A DNA stretch of 61,080 nucleotides, counting the filler, from Sluysia triapertura (taxonomy: Eukaryota), in NCBI GenBank assembly GCA_046118255.1. It is 5 parts of 5 records of this genome, joined end to end, with 100 filler letters (N's around TTAATTAATTAA, not from the genome) between each part and the next. Parts side by side here need not be neighbours in the genome. Positions count along the whole stretch, not along the records: positions 33,856 to 50,187 come from JBJNIA010206481.1; positions 50,288 to 61,080 come from JBJNIA010193394.1; 3 more parts are not named here. The stretch is one strand, 5' to 3'. Shown piece by piece: positions 41,550-55,215 of the stretch (its first letter is position 1; every line of letters begins with the position of its first letter). A program made the translations under genes and the position numbers. A model generated the notes under the pieces. The model saw nothing but the letters and a program-made list of their open reading frames with translations. It ran no database searches and was not told the DNA's origin.

Positions 41550-44500
41550 CTGTTGGCAGAACCGAAAAATAAATAAATCAATTGCATGAAATGTTGAAAA
41601 TTTATGACGACATAAATTTTGATGCACTTTTCAGAAAATTCTTCCAACATTTCGATTATTGACACGGGACAGTCGCGCTCTTTGTCGTGCTTATTCATCA
41701 TTTGTAAATATTCTTACTAATAAAAAGCGACCTCATAATCACTCGACTTCATATTATCGCTGTAAAATCTATTGTAACAGAGAATTCCGAAGAGAGATCA
41801 CGGTGCTAGTTGTTGTGAAGTAACTTCAATAAATATTATTCAAATAAATAAGCGTTGCGACGTAATGGATGTACTCAAAATTATGTTCAATGAAAATAAT
41901 ACAGTGAAATAATATTCAATTTTCAACTACTTACTAAAGATAATAAATTAATTTTAATATTAGTTGGAAAGAAAAAAACGAGATAATAATCGCTGTCTAT
42001 TTCGATGGCAATTCTTATTCCGTTGTTGCAAATTTTCGATTCAACCATCATTTTTTTCACATTACTTCTGATAAGTTTTGCACCGGACGAAGTAGAGGAT
42101 AATGTGACGGAGCAATAAAACTTGGATGTCGAGAATAATCCTTTTAGATTCTGTTAGCACACGCGGAGTGGATTTAGATGCAGGTGGTATCACAATATCA
42201 TGAACAAAATTACAACTTTCCTATTGATCAATGATGTCCAAATGATGATGATGATGGTTATTATTATTATGATAATGAGGACAACAATGATGATTATTAT
42301 TATTGCAAAAATTTAATGTTAAATAACTTACTCATCACCTCAAAATCCTTAATGCGCTTAATAAAAAGTTAGAATCTTGATAATTGAAATAGCACACCAA
42401 AAAGATAATTAACAGAAATAAGAAGTTAGAATGGAGCTTACCACATTTAATTTGCCGATGATGGAGCTGCAGAATTAGAAAAAACACTATAAACGTTCAA
42501 AAACACGAATTAATAATAATAATACGAAGATAAATATATTTATAATGTAGAATGAAATTAAGGAGGATAGTTAGTATAAGTATAATATAGAAATAAATAA
42601 AGCGGATGAAAATATAAGCGGAATCATAATAAGATTAAGAGTGCATGCTTCACATTATACTAGGAAATTGACTGCGAGGTGGAATTAATTATGGACAAAA
42701 ATTGATTGTGGAGAAATTATTAAAGAGTGGAATGAGGAAATCTCGTATAAGACATAATTATACATGTGGAAGCTAAGCGAAACTAATTGAAATTGAACTT
42801 GCTTCATTTATTAGTGAAGATCAGTCAGACCTTGCGGAAATGGCGCTTCTAAAATTGAATGAGGACGACAGAAATAAAAATTAAATAATTTTGTTCATTT
42901 TTAATAGACTTTAGATAGATTCTTTTTCTATTTTTACACTTTGAAAGAGGATTTAAATTTTGTGTGCACTTCCATGTGTTACACGGGGACGAGTTAGACT
43001 TCACACGTAAGAATCGTTTTGGAGTTGTTCGGTATTGCTGAAAATGCAGTGACAGTTCAAGTAACTGGGAGTTATTGATTACAGAGTTAAACAGAATCAT
43101 TTATGAGATGTACAATCGAACATTTTGCAAGATCATAATTACCTAGAGTTTACGAATAATTATAAAGTAAGAGTGGTTATCATTAATAAAGAATAAGTCT
43201 AGTTCCAATTTAAAATAATGAACACGTTCCATTTTAAAGAAAAAAAGACAAGGTGTCACATTGGGAAATGCAGAAGAAATCACTATAAAACGATGGCCTA
43301 AACATTGTTTGAGTAAGAATAATGAAACATCTGGGATTATTTAGAGAATTGAATAATACCTTGGAGATCTTTTGGAGGCTTGAAATATTAAGTATTCGTG
43401 AAACCTTGATAAACGTTCAAGACCCTTGAATTACCTTATAAAGTAGTTGAAATCTTTAAAATATTTGAGAAATAAAATCATTGTTATCGGTATTGAGAAT
43501 AAATTTAATATGGTAATAATTAACATGAAGAAGTAGAAAAAAGAATCAAAAGAATCAGAAGGTGAAAACATCTAGAGCCTCCTGAATGCCTTATAAATTA
43601 CTAAATAACTTTAGAACCTTAATAAAACCTTTAAACATAAAGTAAGAATAATTCTAAAAATAGATTAATTAATTAAAATCTTAATGTAGTGAACTCCAAT
43701 TCAACTCATGACTATTACAAACCATATCAATGCGATACAAACAGATCACTCTATACATACAAAACATAAGTACAATCGTAATAATTTGTAATTATTATCA
43801 TAATTATTGAAACTATTACCATAATAATAATAATTATTGTTATTGTAATATATAGTCGTGCTTTATTAATTATTATTATCAGTATTATGACTATTATCGT
43901 TGTTGCTATGTTTCGCTTGTTGCTTTTTTTGCATGTAAGTATGTTTATCTTTATGTATATATTTTTTATTGTTCCTCGCATTTTTTCACTATTATTATTG
44001 TTATTATTCCTATCATTTCTACTCAAACATACTTCTGAAACAGAAATAATAATGTAATGCTATCGAAATTTGATTTATAATGTCAATAATATAGCTATTA
44101 AGATAGTTCAAACATTGTCTTTATTTTTGAAATAATATTGTTATCAATAATATTATTACAATTCTACTACTAATACTATTATTATTACATTTATTATTGT
44201 TATTATTTATATTTATTATTATAATTTATATGTATCATTATTTCTACAAATTATTTGTGTAATTATTATTAATATTTTGCCAAAAGAAATCAATGATGAT
44301 AATAGTCTTGGATAATAATTCAATTACTTTATCTAGAGTTACTAGAGTTATATGTGATAAATCCAGATTACAATTAGTTATACTGAAATGCTTGTAAAAC
44401 TTGTTATAAAGCCATCTTCAAAATGGACAATTTTATTACCACCTCCACGATTAAATTCTTTATTTAATTACGTTTTAGTTAAATTAAAGAAAACAATATT

Positions 44501-47500
44501 CCGGGATACAATATACACAAATGTGATGCAAAAGTGAATAAAATTTCGCAGTGAGATATTTCATTCACACATAAATTTCATAACTCAAGAAACTGAAATT
44601 GATAAAGAATCGTATACAAAGTCCATCGTATTATTGATACAATTTCATATTTTTCGTTTAAAAACTTACCACTCATTGTTTATATCTGATTTGGACGAAT
44701 AGTTTTAAAAGTATGTTATATGTTCCACACTGTTTTATCAGTTAGTGTAAAGTTTTGTGATTTAAATTTATTTATTCTGTCCAAGTTAACTAATAAGTTA
44801 CTTAATCCTTATCTTTTTAAAACAATTACACACAAATTTTAATATGATGGAAGTACTCAGACGCCTTCACAGTCGATAACGTTTGAATGAGGAATGTTAC
44901 GTCAAAGTTGAAACTGTGTATGTATGTTTTCAAAAGACCTTTCGATAAAGGTATGGTTTGACCGAGTTTATTCAAGAAAAGCCTTAATATTGAGCAAAGT
45001 CAAAGTTTAATTAACTTTTAATTATGGAATGTGGAATTTTTTATACTTAGAATGATACAAAAATAATGAATTGCATAAGAGATGATTGCTATGAAAGAGG
45101 AAAATCTAGAAGTGAGTTTGAAATGTTTGTAGAATAGCTTGTTTGAGAATAAGAAGCTTAAAACATTTTTTATTAGAAAATTTATTGTGAAAAACCAAAA
45201 ATCAATTAAATTCATTATTTTATTTATGTTAACAATAATAATAATTATTATATTAATGTGAGAATTAATTTAAGCAAAAGAAGGTTGAGTAGAGTAAAGG
45301 AAAATAATGGCTGATCATTATTTTTTGTATTATGTGTCTAATAAAGTTTGACATGCCGTATCTTGTAACTGTCCAATTTATTACTTGTGATTTAAATGTT
45401 GTTTAAGAGAATGATTGGGTGATGAGAAAGTATAAAAGGAATACCTCTAATTTTAACAACACAACAAAAGTAACAAGATTTTAATGCAGTTGATGTGAAG
45501 TTCCATATACTTGGTAATATTTTGAATTTATTTTATTTTATTATTTTGAATTTAAGTAAATTAGTTTGGGAGACTTTCTCTTCAATTATTTACTTTTATT
45601 CTAAACATTTTGTTTTTGATTAATTAAAGATTTGTAGTTAATAATTTTTATTTAGAAGAGATTAATTAGTAAATTGTATTTTGTTTTCTATTATATTGAA
45701 AAATATATCAAGGTTGCACTATAATTTAATTGTTGAAATTTGTTAATAAAAATTCTTCAAGTCACAATAAAATTTATGGTTGTTTTCTGGGAAGTCTCCC
45801 TTTATTTTATTTATAAAATTTTAATATTATTTTTGAAAAGTAAATAATTTGATTTTTGTGTTGCGTCACCATTGGTTATTGTCTTATCTGTGTTATTATT
45901 TTGTTTTATTTTGAATTAATGATAATCAATAGCTGTTTTAGTTGTTTTCGAATATTTGACTAGTATTGGTTATTACTTTTAATTTTGAAAATTGATCAGC
46001 ATTGCCTCATTGTTCTATTTACATTATATTGAATAAATTTGGATTTGTATCTTTTGATAATGTTAAATTTTAAGTTTCAGAGTCTACTTAAAATAGATTT
46101 CATAGAATTACTGTAGAAGTAGCAAATTGATTAGTATCATTGTTAAAATAGAAGCGAATTATGAAAATTAGTATTTGATTTTGTGATTATTAAATTTACT
46201 GAGATTTCTAAGCTAAATTGATTTTGTTATTAAGTTATTATTAATAATTGAATTAAAAACGCAACAATACTAAACATTTTTTACCTTCAGATTTTTATGG
46301 AATACTTAATTCGAATTTTTTAAAACTTTTAAACTAATTTGGTCATTAAAAATTCCTTAAATTAAAATTTAAAAAAATGCTAGTTTATTCACGTCTTTAA
46401 CAATATGAAACTACGTGTCCTATATTTCAAAAAATTATCGAAGAAACATTGTAATATAACGATCAGTTGGATATTTTAAATGTTGACGATATCAAATAAT
46501 TCATTGCTAATGCTAATAAATGTAGACAAAATTTAATGGAAACTAATTTGATTGAAGTGATAAAATTTTGAAGTGAGAGACACTTCATTCAATTTTGAGT
46601 CATATTTTTCTTTTTTCATTCGCGTTTGAAATTCCTCGCATCTGTGAACGAAGTTGCTAATCAACTTTAGGTTTTATACAAAACATAATTCCTGGCTCTA
46701 TTCTGTGGTAAAGTTTCAACATTTATTTTAAAAGTAGCTTTGAATTGTATAAGTTGAATTGAAAAAATAGGTTAGATAAAAATCTCTGTACAATTTGCAA
46801 CAATTTATATCATTATTATGTGATAATTATACTATGATATGAATTACTTGTTATAATACCTATTTTAAAATTTTTTTCTTAATTTAAATTCGTTATTAAT
46901 ATTAGACCTTAAAGGCTAACTGAATTTTTCGTTTTGTAAACTAGATCCTAAAGACTAGTTCAATGTATAATATTTGTACTTAAGAGTAATATTGTTAGTA
47001 TAATTTTATTTAGATAAGAAAATCCTAATCGACTGTCTTCTAACCAGAGATATAAAACGTTTTTGTTAGGCGAACTAACCTCCAAACATTTGCAAGGGCA
47101 GATAATCAGTATTAAGTTTATTAAGTATTTTAAGTCTGTCATATAAAAAATGCTTTGCAATTGGAAACACGTGACAAAATTCTATTTACAAAATAATGAC
47201 TAAACTAAAAAAACTGGTATCTAGGAAACTATTGTCGACGAGTTGTATCACTGTATTACTGTCCTCACTATCACAACTAATTACTCTGTTTTCGAAACTA
47301 ATCACAACAAGTATAGATAACCTAATCGTCTTTATGAACTTGGCTACGTCATCAGATAGGTTTGCGTGTTTCCGGAATTGTAATCCATAATTAAACAAAT
47401 AGTGCTTACCGACTACAAATTAGATATTTTTATTTATTAATTTTAATTTATAATTGTTTAAACGTATTGTTGTGTCGTCAATCTATAGATGGTGGACTGG

Positions 47501-47807
47501 AACCTCTGACTAAGCAAGCACAAGTTCTTGACGTGTTGCCATCGCAATGATAAACATATATGTTATTAGGTCGATTTTGGACTGACTAATGCAACTATTT
47601 CGAACTAGTTTACGTTTCATTGGATGATGATGCCAATGATAATGACTCATTCTTTATCAGATTAGCAGTCGACGAATTAATAAGCTTTTCAGATTTAATG
47701 CAAAGATCATTATAATCTGCTTTTCCAGAAGTTACTTAAAGTGCTGACTAAACTAATACCACAGTCCCATAAATCTCGAATGAGCTTCTCTTGTAATCCA
47801 CATAAAA

Positions 47808-47920
47808 TTGTCATCACAACCCTCTAAAATAATCTAAAATGGTTTTAACATCTTTTAGAACCTATGACATCACTAAAAAAGAAAATTCGCTTCTAAAAAT
47901 AGAATAGAAGCTTCTAGAAT
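47808..47920 (+). mobile_element. Partial inverted copy of the LTR-like repeat
   Basis: ttgtcatcacaaccctctaaaat and ttctaaaaatagaatagaagcttctagaa closely match the reverse complement of blocks within 1262-1400. Confidence 0.7.
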
Positions 47921-48201
47921 TGGATTTGCTGTGCTAATTTCATCATCACGAATAATTGCCTCTAATCGACTATGATTCTGTTTCCCTGCACAAGTTCTCA
48001 GTCAGTTCAGCTTGTTGATGCATAACTCCATGGAAACCGATAGTAGCACAAAACATCAAGAAACTCGATTTTTATTTATTATTTTTCATTAAAATGGAGA
48101 TAATTAATTATTTTCATTATTTGACTTCTTAATAAAAGCATGCTCTATTTCGAACTTGTCACAACATTCGAACATCTTCGCACGCCTCAAGACCACTCCT
48201 C

Positions 48202-48390
48202 GTGCCCCTCCAAGGAATGACCCTATTTCTCGATGTCACAATATCCAAAGAGAAATTCAAAACAACTGACCTTTATTTCAGAATCTATTTTCTTGATGGC
48301 AGCCAACTGGCTCTCACTGTCCACAGTTACTTCAAACAGAACCAGTTTGTCACTGAATCAATCGTAAATCAGAATCAGAATAATAACTGA
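48202..48390 (+). mobile_element. Penelope-like retroelement RT relic
   Basis: FLDVTISKEKFKTTDLY resembles the FLDxxI......xTxxY motif near the end of Penelope-like RT. The rest is degenerate. Confidence 0.4.
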
Positions 48391-49128
48391 ACCAACCAAT
48401 TCACAATCAGATCGTTGAACATCACCACGACATTCACAAATAGCACCACCAAAATACTCAGTAAATACATTTCAAACAAACAATATCTTCTGTGGCACAA
48501 GAAGCCACTTTTATATGAATAACAAAACAAATTCAATCGATTATTTCTTGCTCTTAATTTCCGGTCCAATCTACTTTGTTTGACTAACTAATTCAACAGA
48601 ACTCATTTCAAATACAATTGGAAAGCAAACAATATTCTGTAAAACAGAACTTTCCCGGTGCACCACCACTACTGCCACTACACTGTCACTCGGCAGGAGC
48701 AACGGCCCTCATACTGCAACTGCTCACTGACTACACGAGAACCTAATTTGATGCTGACACTAATATTTATCAAAGTGCGATAAAAGTGATTCGCAACTGA
48801 GAACTTCATCCAACACTTCAATTAATTATGAACAATAACTCTACAATTGATAAACAATTCAAGATATGTCAATAAATCGATTTTTATTGGTCGTCACACA
48901 CTTACTTCCTTGATTTTATGGACGTTTCTTCTCGATTGTAACTATGGAAACTGCCAATGACGTTTAAATGCATAATCAAAAATGTCACCAAAAATTCCAT
49001 TAAATCAGATAAAGTAGGTTAAGTTCTTATCTTTATTTATGTCAAATCACGTGACAGATATTAATAAATGTGCCACGACTTACATCGGAAATTTATAAAA
49101 ACGTTTAAGAACTTTTCTCAATTTATTG

Positions 49129-49195
<67 letters not shown>

Positions 49196-49469
49196 TGAAT
49201 TTCATAACGTGATGTAAAATTTGTATTTTCCGCCAAATTTCTAAAAATACTAATTTATTAAATTTATAACTGCTTACAGATGTCAGTAAATAATTTGTTT
49301 TATTAAATAAAAATAGAAAACCTATTTTAATTTTTGTTTTTTATACTTTTTAATTAACCGATAAGTGGAACAACATCCAAGTAATAAGACCTCTAATTAT
49401 AAAATCAAAATGCAGAATAAAGGCATCAATAAAATATTGTAAACTTTATATATACATGAGATTTCGTCG

Positions 49470-49970
49470 TCACACCCTCGAAGGAGAAAGATACATCCGT
49501 GTGGCAGTGGCAGTTGTGGTGGTGGTGGTGGTGGTGGTGGGGCCCGTGGCATTGTTATTGGCTGAGCCTTTGGATAGTTTCTTCTGACTTAATAATGCAT
49601 GGTGACGCAACATGGATTTGGAAGCAGATTCAGTGTATGTGGGCGATTGTTGTGGATCGCTCGGCTCACCGTCAGGGCTCGGTCTGACATAGCATGGGCT
49701 ATTATTTTGTTGGAATGCGACCTGTCTCCTGCGTCCTTTGACAACTCCACCATTCGCACCATCGTTACTACGCAATCCTGCTGCATTCTGGTGTCTCTCT
49801 GCTCGCATACGAGCTTTGTGTTCTGATTGGTTCAGAGACTCATCAGAACGAGACTTTTTCAGATATATCGCTCCAGAATCTCGTTTCCCAGTAGTTTCCT
49901 GATAAGGTGTCGGCGCATTGGCAGTTGCTCGGTTACCGAGTAAGTGAGCGGGAACATCTCCAAGATTCAT
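49470..49970 (-). CDS. Exon of an unidentified gene, disordered/low-complexity region with poly-Thr
   Basis: Long GC-richer open frame in AT-rich DNA, preceded by acceptor ttgattcag. It includes KKSRSDESL, SP-rich segments and a Thr run. I recognise no family. Confidence 0.65.
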   Translation of the reverse strand: MNLGDVPAHLLGNRATANAPTPYQETTGKRDSGAIYLKKSRSDESLNQSEHKARMRAERHQNAAGLRSNDGANGGVVKGRRRQVAFQQNNSPCYVRPSPDGEPSDPQQSPTYTESASKSMLRHHALLSQKKLSKGSANNNATGPTTTTTTTTTATATRMYLSPSRV

Positions 49971-50094
49971 CTGAATCAATTTTATAAGTCACAACATATT
50001 TTGTGGGTCCTTTTTATTCTGAGTAAATATATATAATTTACTCATAAACGTAATTTATAAACATTCATTATTAATTAATCTGCTCCACTAAAAT

Positions 50095-50187
50095 TGCTGT
50101 TGCCACAACAACTACTACTACCACTACTTTTGCTGCTGCCACAACAACTACTACTACTACCACTACTTTTGCTGCTGCCACAACAAC
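50095..50187. repeat. 36-39 bp compound tandem repeat running into a gap
   Basis: Unit tgctgctgccacaacaactactactaccactacttt, about 2.5 copies. Confidence 0.9.
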
Positions 50188-50314
50188 NNNNNNNNNNNNN
50201 NNNNNNNNNNNNNNNNNNNNNNNNNNNNNNNTTAATTAATTAANNNNNNNNNNNNNNNNNNNNNNNNNNNNNNNNNNNNNNNNNNNNTATTATTATTACT
50301 ATTATTATTATTAA

Positions 50315-50374
<60 letters not shown>

Positions 50375-53300
50375 TGAATCACACTGAAATATCATTTATT
50401 TTACATGCAGATTTAATGTTTAGTAATTATCATTGTAGGGGGCAAAATGTGCTATATTTAAATTTAAATCAGTTTTCATACATACATTATTATCTCCTAA
50501 AGTATCGTAAGTTGGGGGCAATAAATAAAATTCAAAATGTGATTATGAATAAGTATGAAAGTCCACACTAATATTAGTGAGTATAGTTCGTTTTTTATTT
50601 TAAAGTGAGTAATATTTTAAATTTGGATTTTATGTTACTTAATTGGTTTGTTTTTTATTATGTATTAGAGCATCCTGATTGGTTAGAGTGAGTATTAATT
50701 TGTATTTGGTGTTAATAAATTATTTATATTTGTCTTTCTTCATACCAGTAATTCTGACATTAAAACAATAATATTATCATAAACCAAATACTTCCCGCCC
50801 TTTATGTGACACATTCAGAACATTAGTTATATTCATTAACTTAAATAAAGATGTTCTGAAATTGCATTTGTTATGTTGAGTTTGTTTAGTATTTATTTAG
50901 CGATGTCAAATCTTTATTTGTTCCTAATAAAATTAGTACCAATTTGAGTTGACAGGATTTAGATATTTGATTTGAATTTCCAATTTACAACTTCTTGTAA
51001 AAGAAGTACACTTTATACGAGTTAAACTTTCTAGGTTATTATATTTTTGTGTTTCATCTTTCAATCGAATTTGGTACTTCAGCTAATTTCGGTATTTCAA
51101 TCGATTTTGGTATTGTTATATCAACTTTGATATGAGATACGAAAATGATAACATAGAAAACGTGAGTCATATTTTAGTGTATATGCATAGACAAAAATTT
51201 GCAACTTAACTTGTGTGCACATATTTGAAATAGAGTTTAGTCAATTCTTTGGAAAAAATTTATGCGTATAAAAATAGGTACAAAGAAATCAACCAATAAC
51301 AAGTAGTTAAAGTAGTCATCAGTCTTAATCGGATATCAAAAATCAGTTGCAATTTATTCAATTCGTCAAATAAAACTTGTAATGTATATTATATCAAAGG
51401 GAACCTTGGATTTTATAAAGATAAAATATATGGTTATTCACGATTATCGAAATTTGTTTTGGTTACATTTTAAACTATAGATGCAATTAATGGAACTATT
51501 AAAAGAGGTGTATCATATTTCTCACATAGTAAAATCAAACAATTAGTTTAAGTCGAGAAACTTATATAGTTAATTTTTATAACATTAAATCGTATGTACA
51601 ATCAATTTTTAGACTTTTAGAATATCTTAATAAAAATATAAACAATGATTGATTTCAAACTAGTATATCTTTTCTTTACATTTGTACTTGCTCTTGATTT
51701 TTATATCGATCATAAACATTTACCAAGGAAATGAGAAATTAGACCTTAAGTATGCTAAAGGATTAGATTAACATAATAAAATTAGATTAGATGAAATAAT
51801 AAAATACAAACCGTCGAATAATATTGTAAATTAAGTAAGGTTTTTTCACTTTTATTTCAATTTAATTAGCTCTTTAGAAATTAAACAAATTAGTACTGTT
51901 CTACTTGAAAATGTATTTAAAGGATAAAATTACATCATAAATGTAAGTACATATACAGAAGTGTATATGATGAACATTGCTTACAGTTAATGTGAAACCT
52001 GAATATGTTGATGTATTTGTGGTAGACCAAACAATGAATTTTTTAGCTTACAACCTTATCAGAATTAGTATTCGTATAAATAGCAAATATTCACTATCTT
52101 ATGAAATTCAAATTAGACAATCTTAAACATTACACATACTTTTAAAAAAATCGAATTTTAGCTTAAAATAACGTAATCCCAACAATAACGTATAGACCTA
52201 TAAAATCAAATAAATACCCAATTAAGTAAGTAATAAACTAAATAATAAACAATAAATACGAAGGAAAAAGTAGACTAACAGAAAATGAAGAAAGAGTATT
52301 ACAAGAATTCCATAAGATGTAGTTGGATATTGATGATTGTGACGAAAAGAGGAATAGGTCCATACGAAAAAAGATGAGGACGAAACATTTGTCGTTTGTA
52401 AAGATCCAAACAAATCACTATAAACAATGTGCACGTAAAATTTTTTGTTGATATTCTAAAATCATTGTTTTCACGAAATCGGTTAATGTTTGTATTAATT
52501 TTAAACAAAATTTGTTGTGATTTTATACATTTCGATTATCGTATTTATAGTTGTTTTAAAATATTTTAAAATTTTAGAATAATTAAAATTAATAATTAAT
52601 TTGGATCACATTAAGAATAATTTAAATAATAATTTATTGAAAATAATATTTTTTAAAAATTTATAATAATTTTTATTGAAATATAAAAATAAGATTTAAA
52701 AATTACAAAAATTACACATACCTTTAATTTAGAATTCCATAAATTGCAAAATAATAATGTATGATTAAAATTTTGATAATTAGAAAAATATGAATAATAA
52801 ATAATTAGTCATTAACATATCAACATATAATCACTGTTAATAATAATGTAATAAAATATATGAATCATATGAATCATCAGCATATCGACATATGATCATT
52901 GTTACATTTAATAAATAATTAGTCATCATTGTTGTTACAATATTAATGTTCGTTTATTTGCTAGAAAAAATTCAAATTACTTTTCCGAACAATTATAATT
53001 AATTTACTGGGTTCGCCTATAATCTAAAATTTATTTCTCTCGGAAGACTTAGTTATAGGAAGTGTCAAATACTACGAAAAGATATCTTACAACTAAAGCA
53101 ATTATCACGATTTAATATTTAATAATGTCGGAGGGTCGTTTACTATGAATTCCTCAATATATTTGTATTCTCTAGATAACTTTTATTTCTTCACGAAAAA
53201 TCTAATAAATTTCTACGAAATAAAAATAAATTCAATACAACCTCAATATATTTGTAAAGATGCAAAATAAAATAATGTTTTAACAAAATCAAATATTATA

Positions 53301-54917
53301 ATATATAATCAATATAATAAGGATTTTATGTCCTTATTAACAAAAGTTATATTTTATAAGCAGATTAACCCAAGCGACTGCTTGGGTTTCTTTTTACAAA
53401 AATTTAAATAGATTTTAAGTAATTAATTTAACACAAAAATATCATTGTGAAAATCTTAACAGAAATAAGCTTACTAATGTTCGGAAAAACTCATGGATAA
53501 ATTGAAAATTTGATAAAGTTTGATATCACGGATCTGATTCCACAATTATAAGTTCCTTTCAATTACTTTTGCAATTCGGTTTCGATAATATAACCTTCTT
53601 TCGATCGTTCTTCGATAATTTGTTTTTAATGTTGTAATCTTCTTTAAATCAAATCTTCAAAAAATATTAAACTGAAAACAGCCAAGTAGTTATTTGTGTT
53701 TTGATAAGAAGCTTATCTCCTTATATACTTGATAATTATTTTATTTATGTCTATGATTATATTAGAAAATTATTTAGTTTATATTACGAAATTATTTATG
53801 TCTAATTATATTTACAAAATTATGTCAATCAGTAATTAATTAATTTTCTTAATTCATCTATTTTTGGTGAACTAATTTCTCAATTTGCATTACAAATTTC
53901 TTAATTTACATTATGTATAAACAAATTTCTTAATTTACATTGTGCTAAATAAATTTACTTAATCAATAGACATGCGAATAATGTCATTTTACCAACATTT
54001 TTCTTTTAGTAAATTCAATCTGAATCTACTGATCAACTCGTCGTACCGCGTTTGAATCCGAAGTAAAATACTGACACATCTTTAATAGTACTTTTCTGAG
54101 AATCCATGGATTTCAATGATTTCGGCCCAGATTATTTTGATTTATTAGTTTTATGGTTTAGTTGTTTGAGGGCTTTAGCTACTGTACGTTTAGTTTTACT
54201 TCTTAAAATAATCAGGAAAACTTTATTAAGATTTATGTTTTTGAAACATTCGTTGATGAATTCATTTTATATTCCTAACCTCAATATTTATATAAAGTAA
54301 ATAAAAAGCAATACCATAAAAGTTTATTAACTGTATTGTAGTAACTAAAACATTTGTAATGATTATTATTTATCTTCCTTCATTGCTATTCGGAACATCT
54401 ATAGCAGCAGCGTTGCCCACTTAATGTATTGCTAGGACTGATTTATCTATAATCAATTTCATTATTAATTTATCATTGTTTTGAATTTTTGACTGTTTCA
54501 AAAGGTTGTAATACTCTATAGGTATTAGAATCATAATAACCAAATATATCGGCAATTCGCTCTCACGAAATACATTTATTAATCGAAAATTAAACAAACT
54601 CTACTTTTCTTGTAGCCTTTAGCATTCCTCTTTTCAATCTCTTTCAAATAATCAATAACATCAGTGTTATTTTCATCATGAACATCCAGCGACAGCTGTG
54701 GTTGCAATTTTTCACCGCTTTTTAAATCTATAAAATGTGCATATAAATTGACATTGTAAAATTGAAATTTCTTTAGCGTTTTTGAGCTTTCTCTAAGATT
54801 CCATTTCACAAATGTTAGCTTTATGAGGAAATATGGAATGAGATCTGTGCACACTGCGTGCATAACAATATCATTAAGAATAATAAGCTCAGGAAACGAA
54901 TTTGCGGTTCCTACTGC

Positions 54918-55215
54918 TTAAGGTAAATCATTCTCCACAATATTTCTGGAACAGAAAGAATTTTGCCTTTTAAATATTTCATAATCTTACTGTAATTTGA
55001 CATATCTGGTAACTAGTTCTATATTTTTGAAAAATTCGGTATGCAACTTATCACCTAGCTTATTATCACTGTGGATTCTAGATATTATTATGTCTCAATG
55101 AAATATTCATCTTGGTTTCCAATTTTTGTATTATTTCTAAAAGATATTCAGGACTTCCGTAATATAAGCACTTGCAAATTATTGTCATTATTTTGAATTC
55201 TATTCTTGCTTTTTT
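54918..55215 (-). mobile_element. L2/CR1-type LINE fragment
   Basis: KARIEFKIMTIICKCLYYGSPEYLLEIIQKLETKMNISLRHN is nearly identical to the copy near 12.8 kb. Confidence 0.88.

Noticed and set aside
43751-44026. 91-aa ORF with poly-Asn and poly-Ile
   Set aside because: Translation of degenerate ATT/AAT repeats.
49499-49826. Overlapping ORFs including a poly-Trp frame
   Set aside because: Alternative-frame and antisense shadows of the 49470-49970 exon.
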